From positions 8,618,001 through 8,682,000 of the forward strand of contig CM059432.1 of the NCBI GenBank assembly GCA_030390025.1: a stretch of DNA of 64,000 nt, given 5' to 3'. Under the pieces are notes generated by a model. It was not told the origin of the DNA. It worked only from the letters and a program-made list of their open reading frames with translations, and made no database searches. Below are positions 1 through 10,942 of this stretch, piece by piece. The position numbers and the translations under genes were made by a program. Every line of letters begins with the position of its first letter. Within the stretch, counting starts at the first letter, position 1. This DNA comes from Squalus acanthias. Its lineage: Eukaryota.

Positions 1-331
1 CCTCCTCCAGCCCAACAATCTTCCGAGATATCTGCGCTCCTCTAATTCAGGCCTCCTGCGCATCCCTGGTTATAATCGATCCACCACTGGCGGCCGTGCC
101 TTCAGCCACCTAGGGCCTAAGCCCTGGAATTCCCTCCCTAAACCTCTCCGCTTCTCTACCTCTCTCTCCTCCTTTAAGGCGCTCCTTAAAACCTCCCTCT
201 TTGACCAAGCTTTTGGTCACCTGTCCTATTATGTGGCTCGGTGCCAAACTTTATAACGCTCCTGTGAAGTACCTTGGGATGTTTTACTACTTTAAAGGCG
301 CTATATAGATACACATTGTTGTTGTTGTTGT
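1..331 (+). mobile_element. L2-type LINE 3' fragment
   Basis: L2 3' end (GGCGGCCGTGCCTTCAGC...AAAGGCGCTATATA) ending in a (TTG)n tail; related copies at about 21505-21910 (+), 38040-38570 (-), 40865-41240 (-), 51790-51940 (-). Confidence 0.8.
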
Positions 332-1151
332 CATGATTGCACTACTGATCAGTTTCGCTGCTATCTTTTCAAAAGAAAATTTATCTGAGACCAAATTAAA
401 AGCATAGGCTGGAATCTTCTGATGTCCGTGCGGGCGACAATGGAGACAGGTCAGGAGGGAATTTTGAAATAAGTTGGAGTGGGTCGGTAACCCGCTGTCA
501 CCCCGCCCCCATGCACCTTGTTAGAAACTAAAGATGCCTAAAAATGTATGTGGTTACGCGATTAAAGCTGTGACGCAAAACATGCTGTGTTTAAATGGTT
601 ATGTTCGAATTGCAGACAGAAAGTCTCCTCGGACCAGATAGATGCTTAGAAGTGCTAATGTTTTGGTTTCCTACCGAGGTTACTGTATACAATCTCCCTG
701 TTGCTAAGCGATTATCTGTTGTTTTTAAGTTAAGACTTGAACCTTGTTTATGTCTTTTATGTATAATGCTAAGGTAGGATTTGTAGTTAGCTTAAGAGGG
801 AAGGGAAGTTTGGGGAAGTTAACGTAAACATTTGCTATGTCATAAAGGAGGTAACACTCTGAAGCGAACAGGTTTCTGGTTGGGCCTCATGAGATCAAAG
901 AAGGATACGGGCAAAAGAGATAAGACACAAATTCCACAGGAAGGAAACCCTGGGAAAATATAAACAGAGAAAGACATGTGGGAAAAATCATAAGACATCT
1001 TTAGGGCGGGCTTTGACACAAGAATCGAGACAAAGAATTAGAATTCCCATTGGATATTAAGGTTTTAGGGAAACTTCTGTAGGTCAAACGGTCTTGTCAA
1101 TATCCCGGTTCAGGCCCACCCCTAAATGTAGAATGAAAGTAACCTCCCAAA

Positions 1152-1248
1152 AGCTTGCACTCACAGACAGAAGAGAAAAAGAGAGAGAGAGCGAGCTTGT
1201 ACTGACAGATGGAAGAGAGAGAGAGAGAGAGAGAGCTTGTACTGACAG

Positions 1249-1279
<31 letters not shown>

Positions 1280-1416
1280 CTTGTACTCGCAGATGGAAGG
1301 GAGAGAGAGAGAGAGAGAGAGAGCTTGTACTGACAGATGGAAGAGAGAGAGAGAGAGAGAGAGAGCTTGTACTGACAGATGGAAGAGAGAGAGAGAGAGA
1401 GAGCTTGTACTGACAG

Positions 1417-1447
<31 letters not shown>

Positions 1448-3286
1448 CTTGTACTCACAGATGGAAGAGAGAGAGAGAGAGAGAGAGCTTGTACTGACAG
1501 ATGGAAGAGAGAGAGAGAGAGAGAGCTTGTACTCACAGATGGAAGAGAGAGAGAGAGAGAGAGCTTGTACCCACAGATGGAAGAGAGAGAGAGAGAGAGA
1601 GCGAGCTTGTACTGACAGATGGAAGAGAGAGAGAGAGAGAGAGAGCTTGTACTCACAGATGGAAGAGAGAGAGAGAGAGCTTGTACTCACAGATGGAAGA
1701 GAGAGAGAGAGAGAGAGAGCTTGTACTGACAGATGGAAGAGAGAGAGAGAGAGAGAGCTTGTACTGACAGATGGAAGAGAGAGAGAGAGAGAGAGAGAGA
1801 CCTTGTACTCACAGATGGAAAAGAGAGAGAGAGAGAGAGAGAGAGCTTGTACTGACAGATGGAAGAGAAAGAGAGAGAGAGAGAGAGCTTGTCTGACAGA
1901 TGAAGAGAGAGAGAGAGAGAAGAGAGCTTGTACTGACAGATGGAAGAGAGAGAGAGAGAGAGAGCGAGACCTTGTACTCACAGATGGAGGAGAAAGAGAG
2001 AGAGAGAGAGAGAGCTTGTACTGACAGATGGAAGAGAAAGAAAGAGAGAGAGAAAGAGAGCGAGCTTGTACTGACAGATGGAAGAGAGAGAGAGAGAAGA
2101 GTGAGCTTGTAGCTGACAGATGGAAGAGAGAGAGAGAGAGCTTGTACTGACAGATGGAAGAGAGAGAGAGAGAGGAGAGAGAGCTTGTACTCAGCAGATG
2201 GAAGAGAGAGAGAGAGAGAGAGAGCTTGTACGACAGAGGGAAGAGAAAGAGAGAGAGAGAGAGCTTGTACTCCCAGATGGAAGAGAGAGAGAGAGTGAGA
2301 GAGCTTGTACTCACAGATGGAAGAGAGAGAGAGAGAGAGCTTGTACTGACAGATGGAAGAGAGAGAGAGAGAGAGAGAGAGCTTGTACTCACAGATGGAG
2401 AGAGAGGAGAGAGGAGAGCTTGTACTCACAGATGAGAGAGAGAGCAGAGAGAGAGAGCTTGTACTGACGATAGAAGATGAGAGAGAGGAGGGAGCTTGTA
2501 CTGACAGATGGAAGAGAGAGAGAGAGAGAGCTTGTACTGACAGATGGAAGAGAGAGGAGAGAGAGCTTGTACTGAGAGATGGAGAGAGAGAGAGAGAGAG
2601 AGCTTGTACTCACAGATGGAAGAGAGAAGAGAGAGAGCTTGTACTGACAGATGGAAGAGAGAGAGAGAGAGAGAGCTTGTACTCACAGATGAGAGAGAGA
2701 GAGAGAGAGAGAGCTTGTACTGACAGATGGAAGAGAGAGAGAGAGAGAGAGCTTGTACTGACAGATGGAAGAGAGAGAGAGAGAGAGAGCTTGTACTCAC
2801 AGATGGAAGAGAGAGAGAGAGAGAGAGAGAGCTTGTACTGACAGATGGAAGAGAGAGAGAGAGAGAGAGAGAGCTTGTACTGACAGATGGAAGAGAGAGA
2901 GAGAGAGAGAGAGAGACCTTGTACTCACAGATGGAAGAGAGAGAGAGAGAGAGAGAGCTTGTACTGACAGATGGAAGAGAAGAAGAGAGAGAGAGAGAGC
3001 GAGCTTGTACTGACAGATGGAAGAGAGAGAGAGAGAGAGAGTGAGCTTGTACTGACAGATGGAGAGAGAGAGAGAGAGCTTGTACTGACAGATGGAAGAG
3101 AGAGAGAGAGAGAGAGAGCTTGTACTCACAGATGGAAGAGAGAGAGAGAGAGAGAGCTTGTACTGACAGAGGGAAGAGAAGAGAGAGAGAGAGAGAGCTT
3201 GTACTGACAGATGGAAGAGAGAGAGAGAGAGAGAGCTTGTACTCACAGATGGAAGAGAGAGAGAGAGAGAGAGCTTGTACTCACAG

Positions 3287-3317
<31 letters not shown>

Positions 3318-3647
3318 CTTGTACTGACAGATAGAAGAGAGAGAGAGAGAGAGAGAGAGCTTGTACTCACAGATGGAAGAGGGAGAGAGAGAGAGAGAGC
3401 TTGTACTGACAGATGGAAGAGAGAGAGAGAGAGAGAGAGCTTGTACTGACAGATGGAAGAGAAAGAGAGAGAGAGAGAGCTTGTACTCACAGATGGAAGA
3501 GAGAGAGAGAGAGAGAGAGCTTGTACTCACAGATGGAAGAGAGAGAGAGAGAGCTTGTACTCACAGATGGAGGAGAAGAGAGAGAGAGAGAGAGAGCTTG
3601 TACTGACAGATGGAAGAGAGAGAGAGAGAGAGAGCTTGTACTCACAG

Positions 3648-3678
<31 letters not shown>

Positions 3679-3691
3679 CTTGTACTGACAG

Positions 3692-3723
<32 letters not shown>

Positions 3724-5544
3724 CCTTGTACTCACAGATGGAAGAGAGAGAGAGAGAGAGAGAGAGCTTGTACTGACAGATGGAAGAGAAAGAAAGAGAG
3801 AGAGAGAGAGAGCGAGCTTGTACTGACAGATGGAAGAGAGAGAGAGAGCGAGCTTGTACTGACAGATGGAAGAGAGAGAGAGAGAATGTGCGGGTTATGT
3901 TGATTTGGCTATGATAAATTGACCCTTAGTGTTAGAGGGGGATTAAATATGTGGGGTTATGGGGATAGGATGGGATATGTTAGGGGGAATTAAATACGTG
4001 GGGTTACGGGGGTAGGGTGGGATATGTGTACTGTGGTGATTAAAGCAGGGACAGGGTACTGGATTTGGATGATCAGCCATGATCGTATTGAATGGTGGAG
4101 CAGGCTCGACGGGCCGAATGGCCTACTCCTGCTCCTAGATTCTATGTTTCTATGTTTCTATGTAAGAGAGAGAGAGAGAGCTTGTACTCACAGATGGAAG
4201 AGAGAGAGAGAGAGAGCTTGTACTGACAGATAGAAGAGAGAGAGAGAGAGAGAGAGAGCTTGTACTCACAGATGGAAGAGAGAGAGAGAGAGAGAGCTTG
4301 TACTCACAGATGGAAGAGAGAGAGAGAGAGAGAGAGAGCTTGTACTGACAGATAGAAGAGAGAGAGAGAGAGAGAGAGAGCTTGTACTGACAGATGGAAG
4401 AGAGAGAGAGAGAGAGAGCTTGTACTCACAGATGGAAGAGAGAGAGAGAGAGAGCTTGTACTGACAGATGGAAGAGAGAGAGAGAGAGAGCTTGTACTGA
4501 CAGATGGAAGAGATAGAGAGAGAGAGAGCTTGTACTCACAGATGGAAGAGAGAGAGAGAGAGAGAGAGCTTGTACTGACAGATAGAAGAGAGAGAGAGAG
4601 AGAGAGAGCTTGTACTGACAGATGGAAGAGAGAGAGAGAGAGAGAGAGAGCTTGTACTGACAGATAGAAGAGAGAGAGAGAGAGAGAGAGCTTGTACTCA
4701 CAGATGGAAGAGAGAGAGAGAGAGAGAGAGAGCTTGTACTGACAGATAGAAGACAGAGAGAGAGAGAGAGAGAGAGCTTGTACTGACAGATAGAAGAGAG
4801 AGAGAGAGAGAGAGAGAGCTTGTACTCACAGATGGAAGAGAGAGAGAGAGAGAGCTTGTACTGACAGTTGGAAGAGAAAGAGAGAGAGAGAGCTTGTACT
4901 CACAGATGGAAGAGAAAGAGAGAGAGAGAGAGAGAGCTTGTGCTCACTGATGGAGGAGAAGAGAGAGAGAGAGAGAGAGAGCTTGTACTGACAGATGGAA
5001 GAGAGAGAGAGAGAGAGAGCTTGTACTCACAGATGGAAGAGAGAGAGAGAGAGAGCTTGTACTCACAGATGGAAGAGAGAGAGAGAGAGAGAGAGCTTGT
5101 ACTGACAGATGGAAGAGAGAGAGAGAGAGAGAGAGCTTGTACTGACAGATGGAAGAGAGAGAGAGAGAGAGAGAGCTTGTACTCACAGTTGGAAGAGAGA
5201 GAGAGAGAGCTTGTACTCACAGATGGAAGAGAGAGAGAGAGAGAGAGCTTGTACTCACAGATGGAAGAGAGAGAGAGAGAGAGAGAGCTTGTACTGACAG
5301 ACGGAAGAGAAAGAGAGAGAGAGAGAGCTTGTACTCACAGATGGAAGAGAGAGAGAGAGAGAGAGAGAGCTTGTACTCACAGATGGAAGAGAGAGAGAGA
5401 GAGAGAGCTTGTACTCACAGATGGAAGAGAGAGAGAGGGAGAGAGCTTGTACTGACAGAGGGAAGAGATAGAGAGAGAGAGAGAGAGAGAGCTTGTACTG
5501 ACAGATGGAAGAGAAAGAGAGAGAGAGGGAGCTTGTACTCACAG

Positions 5545-5575
<31 letters not shown>

Positions 5576-6078
5576 CTTGTACTCACAGATGGAAGAGAGA
5601 GAGAGAGAGCTTGTACTCACAGATGGAGGAGAAAGAGAGAGTGAGAGAGCTGGTACTCACAGATGGAAGAGAGAGAGAGAGAGAGCTTGTACTGACAGAT
5701 GGAAGAGAAAGAGAGAGAGAGAGAGAGCTTGTACTCACAGATGGAAGAGAGACAGAGAGAGAGAGAGAGAGCTTGTACTGACAGATGGAAGAGAGAGAGA
5801 GAGAGAGCTTGTACTCACAGATGGAAGGGAAAGAGAGAGAGAGAGAGAGAGAGAGCTTGTACTGACAGATGGAAGAGAAAGAGAGAGAGAGAGAGAGCTT
5901 GTACTGACAGATGGAAGAGAGAGAGAGAGAGAGAGAGAGCTTGTACTGACAGATGGAAGAGAAAGAGAGAGAGAGAGAGCTTGTACTGACAGATGGAGGA
6001 GAGAAAGAGAGAGAGAGAGAGAGCTTGTACTGACAGATGGAGGAGAGAAAGAGAGAGAGAGCGAGCTTGTACTCACAG

Positions 6079-6115
<37 letters not shown>

Positions 6116-6486
6116 TACTCACAGATGGAAGAGAGAGAGAGAGAGTGAGAGCTTGTACTCACAGATGGAAGAGAAAGAGAGAGAGAGAGCTTGTACTCAC
6201 AGATGGAAGAGAAAGAGAGAGAGAGAGCTTGTACTGACAGATGGAAGAGAGAGAGAGAGAGAGGTTGTACTCACAGATGGAAGAGAGAGAGAGAGCTTGT
6301 ACTCACAGATGGAAGAGAAAGAGAGAGAGAGAGAGAGCTTGTACTCACAGATGGAAGAGAAAGAGTGAGAGAGAGCTTGTACTCACAGATGGAAGAGAAA
6401 GAGAGAGAGAGAGCTTGTACTGACAGATGGAAGAGAGAGAGAGAGAGCTTGTACTCACAGATGGAAGAGAGAGAGAGAGAGAGAGA
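1152..6486. repeat. Compound minisatellite GCTTGTACT(C/G)ACAGATGGAA(GA)n, unit about 36-46 bp, roughly 120 copies (estimated from length/unit)
   Basis: Directly visible tandem array; explains all E/R-rich and S/L-rich ORFs in this interval. Confidence 0.98.
3886..4163 (+). mobile_element. 5'-truncated HE1-like SINE (central domain plus CR1-type 3' tail)
   Basis: TTGATTTGGCTATGATAAATTGACCCTTAGTGT-like core, GGGCCGAATGGCCTACTCCTGCTCCT stem and (TTCTATGT)n tail; 16-bp TSD AAGAGAGAGAGAGAGA at 3870-3885 and 4164-4179. Confidence 0.7.
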
Positions 6487-7564
6487 AGGAAGCTCTAGAC
6501 GAAAGGAAGAAGGGAATTGCTTACGTGTGTCAACCGTTTGTCCAATCGGACCGGTATCAGCTTCTTGTCACGGTCGTATGATTTTGCTGTATCACTAATG
6601 TGTTACAGGAAACTCTTTATTAACCGGCACCGACGGGACCGGCGTGGTGCCGGTTTATCGAAAGTACCGGATAACGGAGAGTTACATCTACCGAGGCTAT
6701 TTTTAACAAAGAAAAATAAATAAATCAAGAAATGTGCAGTATACTTCCGACAGCACCAGGAGGCCGAGTAGTGGCACTTTTGAAAACTACCCCTACTGAC
6801 TAAATCGGCGTTCGCGGACTCAGACTCGGACTCGGGATCGGCAACATTGCTGGTTATTTGAGAGGAGTTTTCGGAGTACTCGGCGTTCGCGGAGACTCGA
6901 CTGCGACTCGGCAACATTGCCGGTTATTTGAGAGGTGTTTTCGGAGGATGATTTTTGCCGGTTAAGCGAGAATTCCGGATATTTGGGTGCCAGATAAACA
7001 AAAGTTTCCTGTATATTCCGTCTTAAACTCTGATTAAACACATTATACCCACCATATTGGTTTGCAGTCGAGCCTGATTATTTAAAGTGACCAGAGATAG
7101 CCGTAACTTGACTGTTTCTAACAGCCTTTCCCTCGGGCGGGTTTGCCGGTGCGGCAGTGACCTGAACGGCAGAGGCGGCCGAGTTAATTCAGATCATTAT
7201 TAGGTACTTGTCAGACCCTTAAGAGTCCATTTGACCCTACCTTTCAAATTTCCCTGGATGACCACGGGAATCACGCAGCTCAGGAACGATGTCTGTAATC
7301 CTGAGGCAGATGTCCAGTGGCCATTGATGGAACTCATTAGTGCACAGCTTGGAAAGTACAATAAATAATCCCACCTGACACCTGGTCACTTTCCTGAGGC
7401 AGATGCTGTTGCTGAGTGCATTGTCAGCACAGATTTAGCTTTCTAGAGGTTGCAAGTCTTTTCAGCAAAGTCGGGATCCACTGTCACCTCATTGGTACAA
7501 CCTATGACATCATTGACAGCTTGCTTCTCTCATCTCTACTTGACCTGCCATCTATTACACAAGC

Positions 7565-9340
7565 ATGGGTGCCATTTATGCTGTCTCACCTTGGTGCTCA
7601 GAATTGGACCACAATCTACAAGGCACAAGTAAGGAGTGTGATAGAATACTCTCCACTTGCCTGGATGAGTGCAGCTCCAACAACACTCAAGAAGCTCGAC
7701 ACCATCCAGGACAAAGCAGCCCGCGTGATTGGCACCTCATTCACCACCTTAAACATTCACTCCCTCCACCACCGGCGCACTGTGGCTGCAGTGTGTACCG
7801 TCTACAAGATGCACTGCAGCAACTCGTCAAGGCTTCTTTGGCAGCACCTCCCAAACCCGTGATCTCTACCACCTAAAAGGACAAGGGCAGCAGGCGCATG
7901 GGACCACCACCACCTCCAATCACCTGCAAGTTACACACCATCCTGACTTGGAAATATATCGCCGTTCCTTCATCGTCGCTGGGTCAAAATCCTGGAACTC
8001 CCTCCATAACAGCACAGTGGGAGTACCTTCACCACACGGACTGCAGCAGTTCAAGAAGGCGGCTCACCACCACCTTCTCAAGGGCAATTAGGGATGGGCA
8101 ATAAATGCTGGCCTTGCCAGCGACGCCCACATCCCATGAACGAATAAAACAAAATCCACGATGAGGCCCAACACCAGCAGCACCAACAACAACAACACCA
8201 CCAACCTTCTCCTCAACCACCTGATGCTACACAGGACAGAGGGCAGCAGCGCAGGCCTGCACCGCGCCGGAGGCGATACCCACAACACAGAGTATACAGG
8301 CAGAGGATGAGGTTCCTCAACATGACAGTGCCAAAGGAGGCTCAGGCTATTGCGCCAGGTCCTCGCAGACGTTTGCACATTGCTGGAGCAAGAGCTGCAG
8401 CCCAGAGGAGCGGGTGGACATGCCTTACCAGTGACTGTCAAAGTCACCAGCGCCCTCAACATCTTCACCTCAGGCTCCTTCCAGGGATCTGCAGCAGACA
8501 TTTGCGGCATCTCGCAGTCGGCCACCCACAGATGCATCATACAGGTCACCAATGCCCTCTTTGACAAGTCAGCCAATTATATCAACATTGCCACTGATGA
8601 AGCCAGTGTTACTGAGCGGGCGCTTGGCTTTGCCACTCTGGCTGGCTTCCCACGGGTGCAGGGAGTCATCGACTGCACACATGTGGCCATCAGGGCACCC
8701 GATCATCACCCACTCCCTCAATGTGCAGCTCGTCTGCAACCATAGGAAGATCATCATGTATGTGTGCGCCAAATTCCATGGCAGCTGCCATGATTCTTTC
8801 ATCCTTCACCAGTCCAGCCTCCCTCAGCTCTTCACTACTCCAAACAGACTTTCCAGCTGGCTGCTTGGAGACAAGGGCTATCCACTGATGACGTTACTCA
8901 TGACACCCTTGAGGAGACCAAGTACTGAGGCCCAGGAGAGATATAATGAAAGCCACATTTCCACCAGATGTGTCATAGAGCAGACAATAGGCATGCTGAG
9001 AATGTGCTTCAGATGCCTTGACAGATCTGGAGGAGAACTTCAGTGCACACCAGCCAGGGTGTCCAGAATCATCGTGGCATGCTGCGCACTGCACAACAAA
9101 GCGCAGCAGCGAGAATTAGCGCTGCATGAGGAGCAAGGCACTGAGCGCACAGCCTCTTCAGAGGAGGAGGAGAAGCATCAGCTGGAAGACAAGGAGGAGG
9201 AGCAGGAGGAGGAGGAGGAGCATAAGCTGGAAGATGAGGAGGAGGAACAGGAGGAACCTGCGGTCCAGATCCCACCAGCACCCGAGCACATTGCTGCCCG
9301 GGAGGCCAGGGATGGCCTCATCATGTCCAGATTTACTTAA
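7565..9340 (+). pseudogene. Harbinger (HARBI1-like, DDE_Tnp_4) transposase pseudogene
   Basis: Motifs [92 protein letters not shown]; frameshifts, missing NRKG segment near 8710, LINE inserted at about 7613-8150. Confidence 0.92.
7613..8150 (+). mobile_element. Non-LTR retrotransposon 3' fragment (CR1/Zenon-like)
   Basis: IYKAQVRSVIEYSPLAWMSAAPTTLKKLDTIQDKAAR; 3' end GGCAATTAGGGATGGGCAATAAATGCTGGCC plus A-rich tail; other copies at about 11180-11297, 25706-25932, 40525-40855, 49680-50105. Confidence 0.85.
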
Positions 9341-9639
9341 CTTCAGCCATTATACCCATATGGCTGCCACATGCTGCGCCAGGTTCCCAACACCCTACAG
9401 CAACACCATAAACATCCCTACAATGACCAGGCCATTCCTTTCACACTGACCACTGTTGCTGGAGGTAACGTTATGTTTCAGCATTCACTCCAACTCACTA
9501 AGCCACTTCCAAAGTTGCAGACAAATTTGGCCATGACCGGAAAGTGGCAAAAATAAATGTTTTTATCTGTGACATTGCAGTAATGGAAAAACAAACGGTT
9601 ATTAAAACACCCAAGTGGTTACCCTTATGCATGTACTTG

Positions 9640-10450
9640 TGTTTCATCTTTCTCTTACACGTGCTTCTACGAGGTGCTACCCCTGTGGCTTCAGCAGAGG
9701 CTGAGGCAGCCTGCTCACTTCCCTGCTGCGACTGCATAGACACTTTTGGCAGACATCCTCTGGGTCTTGGAGTCTCTGATGGCCCCGCCAAAGTCTGCTC
9801 CTCCTGCGACTGTACAGGGGCAGACTCAGCCATCGTGATCCGAGGACCACCTGGGGCTCTGACTGAGGCAGGGGGGGGGGGGCTGGTGGGGGGCAACGGG
9901 GGAGAAGTGTGAGCGCTTTGACAGAAGCCCCCATTTCCATGTCCCCTCTCACCTTCATCCCTCTCATGGGCCACCCGCACTTCCTTGCTAGCAAGGAGCT
10001 GGAGAGCACCTTGCTGCACAGCAGTTGGGCCATGAGGACCCAAGTCTACATTGACAACCCTCCTAGAGAGGAGGTCTATGAGCGTCTGCCATCCATCCTC
10101 CATAGATAGCCATCTATTCTCCATAGAGACCATGTGCTCCTGTGAGTGACGCATTAGCTGCTCCATGCATGTGGCCATCTAATCCATGGAAGAGCCTACA
10201 GTCACCATTGCCTGCGACACCGTGGTGCTCATGTTGGAGATGGATGCCTCCATCCTCTGCACATTTGCAGACATCGCGGTTGCAAAACCTGTCAAAGCCC
10301 CCTGCACTTCTTGCTGCACCTCCAGGATCGTCCTCTTTCTGGATGGCCCCCGAGGCTCAGCGTCTGCATGCAGCTGAGCAGAGCTGGGAGTGCCCTGCGC
10401 CCTCCGGCGAGGAGTCTCCACCACGGCGACCACCCGCACCCGGCCCGCCC
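9640..10450 (-). pseudogene. C-terminal part of the Harbinger second (Myb/SANT DNA-binding) gene
   Basis: Convergent to the transposase; coiled-coil-like AMSANVQRMEASISNM segment, Pro-rich linker and basic PRRSTCKRK end; the Myb domain itself is not present. Confidence 0.6.
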
Positions 10451-10469
10451 AGGTACAGAAAGTCTGGCC

Positions 10470-10942
10470 ATACATTTTGTTCACATTGTGTTGCTTCATA
10501 TTTCACAGGAGTCAGAGAAAGGAGCTCCATTTACTTTGCCATCTTGCACCACTGTGAAGCTGTGGAAGGCAGCACGCCGTGCGCATACACTCAGAGCGCT
10601 GCTTAATGGCCTCTGACCGCCTGAAGCAAGAAAACCAACAGCATCGCAGCAGCAGTCAGCCTCCCTAACGTGAATCGTCCCCAACATAAGCTATAACCTG
10701 TGTCAGTCATCCAGAACAGTGCGAGCACACAGGGCATGCAATGCAACTGATATGAGCCCCCGGTATACAAAGCGCGGTGAAAGTCATCTCCGAGCAATGC
10801 CACTTCCTGCAGAGCATCCGCTCTGCTTATCTTACATAGAACTTCATCTTCGCTTATTCATGAGCACTGGATTCATAGACAAACTGACCTTCAATGCCAG
10901 TAAGTGTGAGGTGATGCATTTCTGTAAAACAAATAACCGCAG
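10470..10942 (+). repeat. Copy 1 of a ~470-bp dispersed inverted duplication (unclassified 420 bp plus start of an old CR1 fragment)
   Basis: Reverse complement of 51247-51720, about 15 differences by manual count. Confidence 0.95.

Larger units (their letters stand above)
519..7123. mobile_element. Solo LTR (about 1.3 kb net) containing an expanded minisatellite
   Basis: Perfect 10-bp inverted ends TGTTAGAAAC (519-528) / GTTTCTAACA (7114-7123); 4-bp near-TSD ACCT/GCCT; AATAAA near 6715; no internal coding region. Confidence 0.8.
407..10460 (+). mobile_element. Decayed PIF/Harbinger DNA transposon, interrupted by a solo LTR and a LINE; right end lost
   Basis: GGCTGGAATCTT terminus-like start; the GC-rich leader rejoins across the 519-7123 insertion; convergent transposase and second (Myb/SANT-type) gene remnants. 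Confidence 0.7.

Noticed and set aside
1152..6486. CRISPR-like look (constant ~21-nt repeat with variable spacers)
   Set aside because: Spacers are only (GA)n, there are no cas genes, and the context is vertebrate
1084..6598. Dozens of E/R-rich and S/L-rich ORFs
   Set aside because: Translation artefacts of the GA minisatellite in all frames
7565..9340. Domesticated host gene HARBI1
   Set aside because: Frameshifts, a deletion in the catalytic region, a LINE insertion and transposon context
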